DNA of 64,000 bases from Azolla caroliniana (taxonomy: Eukaryota; Plantae; Polypodiophyta): NCBI GenBank assembly GCA_043228905.1, contig JBHGNT010000009.1, positions 1,426,001 to 1,490,000 of the forward strand, written 5' to 3'. Position 1 is the stretch's first letter, and each line of letters begins with the position of its first letter. Positions 1-12,272 of this stretch are shown in pieces. The notes below the pieces were generated by a model. The model did no database searches. It had not been told where the DNA came from and worked only from the letters and a program-made list of their open reading frames with translations. The position numbers and the translations under genes are program-made.

Positions 1-575
1 CCATGTGTGATAGTGTTGTATCTAGGTGAGGAAACCATAAGTTGCACTAGGGTGTTTATAATTCAAGAGTGTAACCAACCTTGACACAATAAGCCACTTG
101 CTAAGGAACAAATAAAGATATATAACATGCATATCGAAAAAGAATAGAGGAAAGGTAAGCCATTCATGTGAGAAAATGTATTCTCATAAGCTATGTGGAA
201 TCATTAGGACTGAAGTCTGGCCCAAAGGCACGAAGATTTTTATTCAAGAGATCTAACAATGGAGAGTCTTAAATAGAAGTGTTTATTTATTTTCCAAAAA
301 GTAAGATAGAAGTATTAATAAGACAATTGTAACATAGGGTGGATTCCTTAATAAAACCAATGGCATCACAAAAGCACAAGGTATATTACGACAAAATTGT
401 TCTCTTAGCCTTCTTGAGATAAAAGAAGTAGAAATTTCACATTAAGGGTATGGGGGGGGGGGGGGGGAATAGAATCCATCGTAATGTTAGCTTTATTTAT
501 ATTTATAAATAATAATAATAATTAGAAACTAGAAAAAAAAGTGATGAACTCATTGCCCTAATAAAACGATGCCTT

Positions 576-606
<31 letters not shown>

Positions 607-1399
607 CCCTACATTATTTCTTTCTTTATCATCTCTTCGCTCTCGTTCTATTATGCATTCCTCTTTCATTTTTTAGATTTAGTCTCGTAGCAAAAATCCC
701 CTTCCAATTTCATATGAAATTCCATTTGCAACCAATTATCACCATACGTATTCCGACTCCCATAGTACTCAAGCACATCCTAATCCACGAACGAGTGACC
801 TTTGACATAATGCTTGTGTATGAATATGGATCGAATAGGTGCCACTATATTCATCCACCATTTTCATCATCGCAATTTCATATAATTGGTTGAGAACCCC
901 TATCTCCAATAACATTGAACATTCCAACCCATGACATTGAACATTCCAATGTATTCAAAAAGTGATATAGGGAATTCCTACATATCATAGACTAGAACCC
1001 ACCAATGTACTAGGAACTACATAATTCTTTCTATATGACTCTTTATTGATGGAGTATGTCTTCAACACCTTGTTTTGACACTATGATTGCATAAACTTGA
1101 AACTAAACAAGAGTGTGTAAGTACATGAAGAACTGCAACTTCTACCAACTAATGAATTCCAAAATATTTTCTCAATGTGCAAATTTCCCGTGACTAAAAC
1201 AAACTTGAACTTCCTTGCAATGATGCAATATTGGCAACGGAGAATTTTCTTCGATGTGGATGATGCATTCAAAAGTTCTACTAGCTTGATCTATTCTTAG
1301 ATGTGGATGAAGCATGGACACTAGATTGATCTATTCCATAGCACGACGCAAACCACATTGTGTACATTGAATAATATAGAAATATTCAAGAACTATTTG
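1..1399. repeat. Inverted repeat 1, outer left arm (reverse complement of ~9477-11283); may continue left of the window
   Basis: Bases 1-95 match the reverse complement of 11190-11283; 1321-1399 match the reverse complement of 9477-9555. Confidence 0.9.
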
Positions 1400-1821
1400 A
1401 TATTGCAAAGTGTCAATTACTTGCCACCATTCCCTACACGTTTTATATGGGGCTACTTCACCATATCAAAAAATATAAAAAAGTGCACACTCATGTTATC
1501 TATTAGGAGAAAGACGAGATATTGTGAATGTTATTAGGTGGAACACGATACAATAAAAAATGCTAAGCGTGAGTCGTGATTCACTCTAGATATAAGGAAT
1601 CTTCGACACAATGAAGAAGACGAGCACAAGTAAGAAGAGAAGATCGAGTGGTTTGGAAGTCCTAGGCATCGAGTAAAAACAAATTGAGGATCATGATGAA
1701 AGAAGGATAAAGTAGAAATCTAAAAAGCTAGGAGAATTTAGGAGAGTTAAGTAAGTGGAAAGGCTCTCAAGGGGGAGGGCTAAGTAATATAGACTATATG
1801 GGAACTACTAGTAAAACACAT

Positions 1822-3135
1822 TTAGGATGGGGTCATACTACTATTGGTTGAAGTGACTCTAGAGGCACAACGCGAGAGGAAGTTGGGGTAGGGAGACGAG
1901 AAACGACGATCGGTTACGAAGAGTGTGGACAAAATCCCATATGTGGCATCAGTCATGTGGACTGAATCCCAACTCAAGTAATTCTGGGGATTCGTACATG
2001 TGTTCACCATACGCGGGACGAATGTCGTGCCCTCTTGGCCCGAGAATCTCAATGCATCCCTAGGGTCACATGCGTCCACAGTGTTAGTGATGTTGTACAA
2101 CGCAGCATTCTCTAGGAGGTGTACGTACGCATAGTAAGTGTCGAGGTACACTATCTCGGCATCGGGGTATGCTTTGCTAGCATTGTCCACGACTTCACGA
2201 AGGAGTTGGTTGTGCCTCGCACTTATCCGATTGACCTCTGTGATGCAACCGAGGGAGTCGTAGTCGACTGGCGTGGCGAGGCCCTGGAAAATCGTCATGT
2301 AGAGCGAGAGGCAGCCTTGCGGGAATTGGGCTTGGACAATAAGGTGTCGGACACCCTTCCTAAGGAGATGGTTTATGGCGAAGGTGAGCCGGCCAATGAC
2401 GGGCCTTATGAGGCGTGGCACGATGGTTGTCATGTTGTCGCCCGAACCGATGGCGTAGTTGTAGTCGTTGCCCCCGATCTCCCCGAAGTAGACCACAGAG
2501 CGTCTCACATCAATGCCTTGCTCCCCAATGGCGGCATCGAACCACCGGATCTCTTCGGCTAGGTTGATCCTTGTGAAGATAGATTGGCGCATCCGTTGTC
2601 CGGCAATCGCGATGAGAGTTGCCTCATCCAGCGCGGTGGCACCGGAGAATGCAAAATTCTGGTGGGTCCGCTGATCCGAAGACAATGTGGCCGGCGAAGA
2701 AGATTTGTTGTTGTTGCGAGGTGGCCGGACATATAGATAAGGTGTGAGGAGAGGTTGGCCTAGCGCCGTCATGAGGTAGTCGACCATGAGGCGCCCGTCG
2801 CTATACCGGCCCGTGGACTTGTTGAAGTATGTCTCGCCGTACGGTAAGTGAGCCGAGTTGTTGAAAATGGCTGGGTTGTTGATGATGTCATTGCCAGTAT
2901 CGGTCGTGGAATCTCCAAAGCCAAGTGCTGAAGCAAAGGTGGGGCATGACAAAGCCCCGGGCGCAATGGAGGTGGAAGTTGTCGTGTTGTTGGGGCCCTA
3001 AGTAGTATGGGCTTCCTCAGAGGTGAGTATCCGAGATCCTGCTACTACATCTGGGAAACACGTATATTCCGTCACAATGGTAAGTAGCACTACTAGGAGC
3101 ACGAGCCATCTCGTCGCAGCTACCATGTTTTTCAT
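1822..3135 (-). pseudogene. Intronless GDSL esterase/lipase (SGNH hydrolase) with signal peptide, interrupted by one in-frame TAG at 2998-3000 (null allele, sequence error or readthrough)
   Basis: ATG at 3135 gives MKNMVAATRWLVLLVVLLTIV.. (signal peptide), then TAG, then the same frame continues GPNNTTTS..LSCPT. SGNH blocks are intact: GFGDSTTD, TGRYSDGR, EIGGNDY, WDSVH. The ORF-track start at 2952 is a TTG. Confidence 0.85.
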
Positions 3136-4279
3136 GGAATGGGGAGTGAAGCTCTTGGACAAGCAATGTGGAGGAGACAAAGAAGAAGAAGAAGAAGAAG
3201 AAGTGATTGGTGTAGCTATGAATGACCAATGTGTGGTAGGGACAACTTGTAACTTATATAGGTTTCATGCCCATAGGCTATAGCTAAAAGTAGCCACACC
3301 TCCCCCCCCCCCCCCCCCCCCCCTCCCACAATGGGATGAAATGTCCCCCATTTGGATACCTTTATCCCTTTTTGCTTTTTTGCTTTCCTTTACTATTTTG
3401 ATTCCTTACTCCCCTCCTTGGCTTGTCCCAAATCTAGCTACCCTCCTCTCTATTTCCTCCCATTTCTTCCATCCTCACTTCGAAACCCCCACACTCTTTT
3501 ATTTCATGGTAGCAAGTCTAAGCCATCTATCTTCATGTAAGAAAATCCCATGACAATCTAGTTTTGCATATTTGTTATTTCTTCTTCAACACCTGCGTCG
3601 AGTTCATGTACTTGGAAATCTCCACCAAGTATTTCACGTGCTCCTCATCAACCTTGTTGTCCTATGTTCTCTCTTTAGTGAGATGTTGCAACTCCATCTC
3701 TTCCTTGTGTTCAATGCGTTGTGCCTTGGTTGCATGGATCAACTATCAAAATACTTGCACTACATTTGTCTTGCCTTGAAGGGAGGCTAGTCACTCTTTA
3801 TTGGAGAGTGGTTTGTCTTTAGCTTAATGCCTTTGTTGATCTATTTACTTCAAGCATCTAGGCTCTCATGGAACAGGTGTTAAGAATCTCTTACTAATCA
3901 ATAGACCAAATTAAAGTAAAAAAAAGGTGAATAGATTGGATACAAAAACCTCGACCATCATCGGGCTTTGATCAAGACACAATCAATCTACCATTGATGT
4001 CCCATACTGACGAATATTAGGATGACTAGTATCTTGGATGAGGTAATATGATTGTCACGACAAAACCCTAGCCCACACCATTGGTGTCTCAAGGCTTTAG
4101 ACTTCCGACATAATGTGCCGGATGAGGGTAGCTAGGCCTAATATTTATAATGCTTCCTAGGTCCCTAGGCCCTTGATTAGATGCGTTTTTCTAAAAGAAT
4201 CTTCTTTCATTGGTTGTCAAGATCATGATAGTGCATACACCTATTATTCCTTGTATCCAATCATACAGTTCACTTATGT

Positions 4280-4788
4280 TTTGTAAATATTAGAGACCTA
4301 CCTTCACCTACAATATGTGTACATAACAAAATGAGAGAAGGAAAACTTGTGAATATGAATATGCCTTGGCCACTTTCCTTTTATGCAATCATCAACATTG
4401 ATTGGATCACCTCTTACCGCCTGGATGTCAATTGTCTTCAACTTAGTATCCTCACACTTTCATATAACAACCAACCTACACATATTAGATGTGTCATAAT
4501 TATTTTTGCTTTTCAAGTAGGAATGAGAAGTATTATTTGTCCTTTGAACTCATCTTAAAACCTGCTCCTAATTTACAAATCAAAATACTTGATAAGCAAT
4601 GAATATTTAGATCAAGAACAAAATGGTATAATGGTGTTCAATCATTGTTGAGCGACGGACAAGAGACAAACATAAAATATCATTGTTATCCCACACTAGC
4701 AAATATCACCTTATGTTATACCTTAGAAGTTAAGACAAAGGGATCTTTTAGAAGAGAGGTTTGCCTCACCAAAAAAGCCTTGACAACG
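4280..4788. repeat. Inverted repeat 1, inner left arm (reverse complement of ~8436-8948)
   Basis: tagagacctaccttcaccta / taggtgaggctaggtctcta and ttgcctcaccaaaaaagccttgacaac / gttgtcaagactatttttggtgaggcaa. Confidence 0.9.
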
Positions 4789-5572
4789 GCAAACATGTGG
4801 AAGGTTGGTGGTGCTTAATCCTTTTAAATACATGAATAGATATGTTGACATAAAAAGTAGTTCTCCTTTCAAGCAACCTAAGGTATGGCACAAGGGTTAA
4901 AAAGGTTAAACATATAAATTTATAATCTTCAATGAATAGATTTAGTATAAATGCTACTTTTAGACTTTGCGATAGATTAACAATCTTTACATATGTTATA
5001 CCATATAAGTACTCATTATGAAGCTTGGTATTTAGTGTTAATAACACTATTTTCAATATCGAGGCTTAAAGTTTTGTCGCTCAAAATTCAACACCCCATG
5101 ACAACCAGTCCAACCATGTTATGTTATTCAGCATCTCATTGAGTGGGTAATTTCGGTTGGAACTTGACATAAATCAGTAATTATGTTATAATACCATGTA
5201 ATTAACGATTGGTCATGGCATACATCTTGCATTATATGATACAGTTACACCTTGAGTCTTAATATTCTATCGGTTTAAGCATCCAATGACCATGTGCCCG
5301 ATACTGTTTACATTCGCCTGTCCATTGGAATTTCATCGGGCCTTGCCTATTGGGTTTCATTGAAAATTTGGTGGGTTATTTTTGTGGATATACAGAATCT
5401 AGATGTTGTTTTTGACAAGAAGAAGAAAAAACAGAGAGCACAACAGAAGGCCATGCGTATACTAAGTTCTTCTCTCCGAAAGAAGAATGCAGGAAACTAT
5501 TAGGAATAAAACGGCAGTGTAAGAAGAAATAGCATATGAAAGAAACTCATCAAGCAACCAGGAAAGGTGGGA

Positions 5573-6964
5573 ATGAACAGAAGTCATTCTTCCACAGAAA
5601 AACACCTACATGAAGATGCATCTCTTCTGGCTCTAATCAAAGAATGTTGCAATCATAAGGATCTATCCAAAGGCGCCAGAATACATGCCCACATTCTTCA
5701 AAAGGGTAGTTTTGTCCTTGCCAACAATGTGTTCATAGCTACTGCTTTAGTGACTATGTATGCTAAATGTGGTGCACTTTCGAAAGCTCGTGATTTGTTT
5801 GACCAACATCTCTCTACTTTTACCCGAGATTTAGTCGCATGGACATCGTTGATCTCAGGCTATTCACACCATGGATTCAGTGAAGATGCGTTAAAATGTT
5901 TTGACCGGATGCGGAATGAAGGCATCCACCCCGATGCATTCACATTCTCTTGTGTGTTAAAAGCATGTGGAAGCATCAGGGCCTCCCATAAAGGCAAAGA
6001 AATACATGTCGAGATTGTAAATGAAGAAAGTAATTTGTTGCAACAAGACCCTATTTTAGGGTCGGCATTAGTCGATATGTATGCTAAATGTGGTTACCTT
6101 ACGGGTGCACAACAAGTGTTTGATGAGATTCGTGTTCGAAACGTGATCTCTTGGACAGCCCTAATTACAGGTTTTTGCAAATATGACCAGGGTGAAGAAG
6201 CCTTGAGTTGTTTCCGAAGAATGTTATGCGAAGGGATATCTCCGAACCCCATGACTTTTTGTTGTGTCTTGAAAGCATGTGGTAATGTTGGTATACCAGA
6301 GAAAGGGAAGGAGGTTCATGTAGAGATCGTGAGAGAGGGTATGTTGGCAAATGATAGTATTCTTGGTAATGCATTAGTGGATATGTATGCTAAATGTGGT
6401 ATACTCGAAAGGGCCCAAAAAGTGTTTGATAAACTCCTTATCCGGAATGTTGTCTCATGGACTTCCCTTCTTGCTGGATATGCTCAACTTGGAAAACATG
6501 GTATTGTTTTTGATTTGTTTTGTAAAATGAGAGGAGAAGGTATTGAACCCAATTTCATAACATTCCTTGTCGTGCTTAATGCCTGTAGTTTCTCAGGTTT
6601 AGTGACCGAGGGGGAAACATATTTTGAGGTTATGCGGACAAGTTACGGAATTGTTCCGACATTAGAGCATCACACTTGCATGGTCGACCTTTTTAGTCGA
6701 TCAGGACATTTTGATAAAGCAATGGAAATGATTGAAAAAATGCCATCTTCTGAGTATCTCCCTTTGTGGGTTGCTTTACTGGGCGCTTGCTATCAATGGG
6801 GTAATGTGAAGCTTGGAAGATTTGCATTTGAACATGCAATACAATTGAATGTAAAGTCGGCTGTGCCTTATATTTGTATGTGTAATATTTATTCATCCGC
6901 TGGCATGAAAGAGGATGCAGATGAAATAGAAGCGATGAAAATTAGCAATGAAGCATGGGGGTAG
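5573..6964 (+). CDS. PLS-class pentatricopeptide repeat protein with E domain and no DYW domain (organellar RNA-editing factor family), intronless
   Basis: Repeated ALVDMYAKCG / VSWTALI / FSCVLKACG motifs and an E-type C-terminus (WVALLGAC..GNVKLG..AFE). First ATG is at 5573; the ORF track starts at GTG 5567. Confidence 0.92.
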   Translation: MNRSHSSTEKHLHEDASLLALIKECCNHKDLSKGARIHAHILQKGSFVLANNVFIATALVTMYAKCGALSKARDLFDQHLSTFTRDLVAWTSLISGYSHHGFSEDALKCFDRMRNEGIHPDAFTFSCVLKACGSIRASHKGKEIHVEIVNEESNLLQQDPILGSALVDMYAKCGYLTGAQQVFDEIRVRNVISWTALITGFCKYDQGEEALSCFRRMLCEGISPNPMTFCCVLKACGNVGIPEKGKEVHVEIVREGMLANDSILGNALVDMYAKCGILERAQKVFDKLLIRNVVSWTSLLAGYAQLGKHGIVFDLFCKMRGEGIEPNFITFLVVLNACSFSGLVTEGETYFEVMRTSYGIVPTLEHHTCMVDLFSRSGHFDKAMEMIEKMPSSEYLPLWVALLGACYQWGNVKLGRFAFEHAIQLNVKSAVPYICMCNIYSSAGMKEDADEIEAMKISNEAWG

Positions 6965-7420
6965 CAAACCCAGATGGATATTCTGGAGTGGGCATTGTTC
7001 AATGATATTTGTAATGATATCATTATAAATTTGGATAAACACAATCCATCTCTCTCCTGAAGATAATCATGGCACACATTCAACACTGTAGAAAAGGTCA
7101 TCTAATGTATATAGTTCAACAATAGAAGGTTCTATGCTAGAACTCAAAAGAGAGACGTGTGATGTGTTGTGATTAAGCATGGGCGAAGAGCATTCGAAGT
7201 AAACTTGGATGGATATTCATGAGTGGGAATTGTTCTATGGTATTCATAATGATACCATTATAAACTGGGACTAACACATTCTGTGTCTCTCCTTCTGAGA
7301 TGATCCAACAATGCATTCAACACTTTCGGAAATTTCATTCAATGCATCCTAAGGATATAGCTCAACAATATATGGTTCCATGTTAGAACCCGAAAGAGAG
7401 ACACGTGACACGTAATGATT
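6950..7420 (+). repeat. Diverged ~230 bp tandem duplication of the PPR C-terminal/3' region
   Basis: aagcatggg..gatggatattc..gagtggg..aaagagagac..tgatt occurs at ~6950-7173 and ~7174-7420. Confidence 0.75.
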
Positions 7421-7616
7421 GAAGCTCGAATTTCTTGGATGTAATTGTCTATGCCTAAATAAAAATGTTGCGCCCAATCATGCTTGAATAACACAAGACC
7501 ATTGCTTGCATTGACAGTTGAATCAAGATGGCAGAGTTATGTGAAATTGTGAAGCATTCGAAGATTTTTTATATGATTGTCATTTTTATATTGTTTGAAA
7601 TAAAGCGACATGTTGG

Positions 7617-8395
7617 TGCTGAAGATACAAGTATGAAGGTTTCGATGTACTATTCTAATTTGCACTATGTAGAGATGCTGCATGAGGATTAGTTTTTTAC
7701 TCATGTTCTAGAGCCCTAGAATTTGAAACATGATTAGATATGGTTGTATCCACTAAGCAGTGCTTGTAATGTGTGCAAGGTTTTGCATTGTATGGGATAC
7801 AAACAAAGCAACTCTGAAAATATATAGCAACTCTTTTATCTAAGTTTATTGGTGCTTGGTTTACAAGCTATCATATGTATTTTCATTGTCCCATCTATTA
7901 TGATTCAAATTCTAAAAGATATGCGAAAAGAGTCTTGTAATTAAAATTCTAACACAAAGTCAGAAATGTCCCATCGTTCTATCTCTACAAGCTAATATAC
8001 CAAAAGATTCCAGCAGTTCAAATTCTAACACAAAAGCAAAGTCAGACATGCTAGTTAATCAAACACTGACAAGACGAGGAAATGAAACATGTATGAGAAC
8101 CAAACAAGGTAAAATGAAACATATCTTCTAATTTAGAACACTATACTAAAAAGGTAGAACGAAATTATTAAATATTGAAGAATTTATAAAATCTCATAGA
8201 CTCCCTGAGGAGAGAGCCTTTATTCTGTCATTACAAGATAAAGATTTATCTTCAAGGGCCATTCTTTCAGATATACAATACCCTTCGAGAAAAGTAAGAG
8301 GAAAGAAAAGGTTCTTACATTTGATGGCTAATGAATGTAGAACTAATACGTCTTTGTACAACATGAGGTTGGAATCGAGAAAAATCCTAGGACTA
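7617..8395. repeat. Direct repeat of ~35947-36780 (3' flank of the TRM-like gene)
   Basis: gaagatacaagtatgaaggtttcgatgtactattctaatttgca..catgaggttggaatc present at both loci. Confidence 0.9.
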
Positions 8396-9067
8396 TGGAA
8401 CACAAGCTACCCTCTTCATTAGGACATCTTGAGATGTTGTCAAGACTATTTTGGTGAGGCAAAGCTCTCTCCTATAAGATCCCTCTGTCTTAACTTCTAA
8501 GGCATAACATAAGGTGATATTTGCTAGTGTGGGATACCAATGACATTCTTTTTATTTTTGTCTCTTGTCCTTCGCTCGGCAATGATTGAGCATCGTTATA
8601 CCATTTTTTTCTTAATCTAAATATTCGTTGCTTATCAAGTATTTTGATTTGTAATAATTAGGAGCAAGTTTTAAGATGAGTTCAAAAGGACAAATAGTAC
8701 TTCTCATTTCCACTTGAAAAGCAAAAATAATTATGCCATATCTAATATATGTCGTATGAAAGTTTGAGGATACTAAGTTCAAGACCATTGAAATCCAGGC
8801 GATAAGAGGTGATCCAATCAATGTCGATGACCGATGACCGCATAAAAGGAAAGTGATTAAGGCATATTAACAACTTTTCCTTCTCTCATTTTGTTGTGTA
8901 CGCATATATAGTAGGTGAGGCTAGGTCTCTAATGGGTATATTTACAACATGATCATAATGTAGTTGAATTGTTAGCAAACATGATCATAGAAAGTGGCGC
9001 ATAACTTGAATAAAGATTCGATTGAAGTAAGGAATCAAAATATGTAGTAAAGGAAAGCAAACAAGTG

Positions 9068-9459
9068 GGCCTGTCATTGGCCGGCTCACCTCCCCCATAA
9101 ACCATCTCCTTAGGAAGGGTGTCCGGGCACCTTATCGTCCAAGCCCAATTCCTGCAAGGCTGCCTCTCGTTCTACGTGACGATTTCCTGGGGCCTCGCCA
9201 CGCCAGTCGACTATGACTCCCTCGGTTGCATCACGGAGGTCAATTGGATAAGCGTGAGGCACAACCAACTCCTCCGTGTGAAGTCGTGGACAATGCTAGC
9301 AAAGCGTACCCCAAAGCCGAGATTCTGTACCTCGACACTTGCTATGCGTGCGTGTACGTACACCTACTCGAGAATGCCGTGTCTTACTACATCACTAACA
9401 CCGTGGATGTGTGCGACCCTAGGGATGCCTTGGGATCCTCGACCCTAGGGATGCATTTA
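9068..9459 (+). pseudogene. Frameshifted internal fragment of the GDSL gene in opposite orientation
   Basis: HLIVQAQFLQGCLS..LATPVDYDSLGCITEVN and, in another frame, EVVDNASKAYPKAEILYLDT..TNTVDVCDPRDAL match 2052-2405. Confidence 0.93.
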
Positions 9460-10238
9460 AACATCTACTGAGTGGACAGATAGTTCTTGAATATCTCTTT
9501 ATTATTGAATATATACAAGTTGGTTTGCGTCGTGCTATGGAATAGACCAATTTAGTAGAATTTGTGCATGCATCATCCACATCTAAGAAAATTCTCCATT
9601 GCCAATATTGCATCGTTGCAACTTGCAAGGAATTTCAAGTTTGTTTTTTATCAATGTGAATGTTTTGAACTTTGAGAAAATATTGTTCTTTTTGAGCTCA
9701 TTAGTTGGTTAGAAGCCAAAGTTCTTCATGTACTTACACACTCTTGTTTAGTTTCAACTTTATGCATTCATAGTGTTGTCAAAACAAGGTATTGAAGACA
9801 TACTGCAATAGTAACAAAATAATTAAGAGTCATATAGAAAGAATTACATAGTTCCCAGTACATTGGTGGGTTCTAGTTGATAGGAAAGGCTTTGGTCTAT
9901 GATTGGTAAGAATTCCCTATATCACTCTTTGAATACATTTGAATGTTCAATGTCATGGGAGAGAGGGGTTCTCAACCGATTATATGAAGTGGGGAAGACA
10001 AAAATCGTGGATAATGATAATAGCACCTATTCCATCCATATTCGTACACAAACATTATGTTGAAGATCACTCGTTTGTGGATTAGGATGTGCTTCAATAC
10101 TATGGAGTTGTATGGTGATAATTGGTTGCAAATGGAATTTCATTTCAAACCGGAAGGAGTCATAGGGATTTTTGGACGAGACTATATCTCAAAAATGAAA
10201 GAGGAATGCATATGTAATAGAACGAGAACGGGGAGATA

Positions 10239-10658
10239 CTAACAATCGGCAACGGTTCGGTTTGAGAGGGTCAAAACCAGACCGTTTTGGAACCGAACCG
10301 TTTAAACATTTTGAAACCTGAACAAAACCGAACCGAACCACGAAACTAGTAAACCGAACTGATAAAAAAAATTCAAACCATTAAAACCACGGTTTCATGG
10401 TTTGGTTTTGGTTTTCAACTTAGGTAAAATTTTTAAATTTTAAATTTTTTAAATTTTAAATATATCATTATTTGTGAGAATAAGGTCTAAAAATGAAAAG
10501 ATTGTTTAAAAACAATTTTTTCTAAAACAAATTTAAAATATAAAAAAACTGTTAAACCATGGTTTGAAACCGAACCGAACCGTTAAGCCGTTAAGCCGCG
10601 GTTTCAAGGTTCGGTTCGGTTCGGTTGAAACTCAAACTGAACCGGTGCCGATTGTTAG
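10239..10658. mobile_element. ~420 bp MITE-like non-autonomous DNA transposon with ~28 bp TIRs and subterminal AACCG repeats
   Basis: ctaacaatcggcaacggttcggtttgag ... ctcaaactgaaccggtgccgattgttag; absent from the paralogous arm (~620-650); short agat/gagat duplication at the flanks. Confidence 0.85.
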
Positions 10659-12243
10659 AGATGATAAAGAAAGCAATAATGTAGGAGAGATGAGAGAGAG
10701 AGAGAAGAAATGTGCTGTTTTATTAGGGTGGTGGGTTCATCACTTTCTATTTTAATAAATAAAAGACACTTCTAAGAGTAAATATGAAAAGTTACTCAAT
10801 TGTTTCTAGTTTCTAATTATTATTTCTAAATATATAAATAAAGCTAATATTATGATGGAATCTATCCCCCCATACCCTTAATGTGAAATTTCTACTTCTT
10901 TTATCTCAAGAAGGCTAACAACAATTTTGTCGTAATATATCCGGTGCTTTTGTTAAGAAATTGACCCAATGTTACCATTGACTTATTGATACTTCTATTT
11001 TAGACTTCCCATTGTTAGATCTCTTGAATAAGGATCTTCGTGTCTTTGGGTCAAATAATTTGTCGACTTTACTCCTAATGATTCCACATAGTTTACGAGA
11101 ATACATTTTCTCACATGAATGGCTCACCTTTCCTCTTTTCTTTGGTGATATATGTCTATTATAAATCTTTATTTGTTCCATAGCAAGTATTTTATTGTGT
11201 CAAGGTTGGTTACTCTTGAATTATAAACACCCTAGTGCGACTTATGGTTTCCTCACTTAGATACAACATTATCAACACATAGGCGCAACCAAGGAAGGCA
11301 GTAATGAAGAATATGAATATCAAACATTACCATGTGTAAATAGTTCATGAATAATCAGGCTTGTGACGAACTCTAGACATCTCCACAATATTGGATATTC
11401 ACATTTGCCACAACATTTGCAATACAATAATTGATTCCTCTACATGAAAGGATTTGGATTAACCATGTAATTTGGCTAGTATTTAGGGCAATGTATTATT
11501 CAAGTATTGTGTTTTTTGTGTGTATTAAATAGAAAGTCTATGACAAATGGTTATGTAACGGTGATTCGACTTGAGATATCTCTCTTTATTCAACAAATAT
11601 TGGATGATTAAATTTGATGTAAATGAGCCAAACAACTTTCAAAATAATTTAGACTTAGTGTTGTTTCACTAATATTGAATCAACACATCGAGGGATGGGG
11701 CTTCATGGATGAGTGGGGCACTTGCACAACAATCACATATAACTCTTATGCCGTTTTTTTTCAATATAGCCTTTATCGGGCCAAGTGATTATGTTTTTAC
11801 TCTTTGTACCTTGGACAAATCTGCAATTTCCATGGTAACCGTTGTAAACCCATTTTTCATGAGCAAATTGCTAGTGTGCATGATTTAAAACTAATTTAAT
11901 AGTTTAAAATCAATAGACACAAACATTTGAAGACAAAACAAAGCTCACAATTTACTAGGCCACAAGGGGTGGGTTATTAATATTATTATCAAGACCAATG
12001 AAAAGTAGAAAGAAGGGAATGCGTGTACACACATGTGTTGACAATGAAAGGTATACGATGAATGTTGACAATGAGAATGGAAACCCTCCTAAATAGTCTA
12101 ATGCAAGTGGGAAGTGTGTGCCTTCAATAATATTCAAGTGCAATCCTTAACTTAATTGAGAAAGTCGTTGATAAGAAATAAGATATGCATGGTCGGTAAT
12201 GTTTAATTTTAGAAGATGTGAGTTGGACAAGGAAGACTAGTCT

Positions 12244-12272
12244 AAGTCAACTCTTATCCTTCTCTATATAAT
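12244..12272 (+). promoter_or_regulatory. TATA box (ctatataa) preceded by a reverse W-box (agtcaa) for dirigent A1; equivalent TATA boxes at ~19318, ~24871 and ~29125
   Basis: aagtcaactcttatccttctctatataat lies ~160 bp upstream of the ATG, at a conserved position in all four dirigent promoters. Confidence 0.6.

Larger units (their letters stand above)
8436..11283. repeat. Inverted repeat 1, right arm (three collinear blocks mirroring 4280-4788, 2052-2405 and 1-1399)
   Basis: Block order is the mirror image of the left arm; see the individual matches. Confidence 0.88.

Noticed and set aside
2119-2562. 147 aa + strand ORF, and similar antisense ORFs over the dirigent, CPSF73, PPR and ATG11 genes
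   Set aside because: Shadow ORFs of real coding sequence with no recognisable motifs
2998-3000. U-to-C RNA editing as rescue of the GDSL stop by neighbouring PPR proteins
   Set aside because: PPR-mediated editing is known only in plastids and mitochondria, and both local PPRs lack an intact DYW domain
3540-3980. Coiled-coil-like broken minus-strand frame, possibly a gag remnant
   Set aside because: Multiple stops and no diagnostic motif; cannot be assigned
10250-10650. Short AACCG repeats resembling a CRISPR or iteron array
   Set aside because: Irregular spacing, eukaryotic context, explained as MITE subterminal repeats
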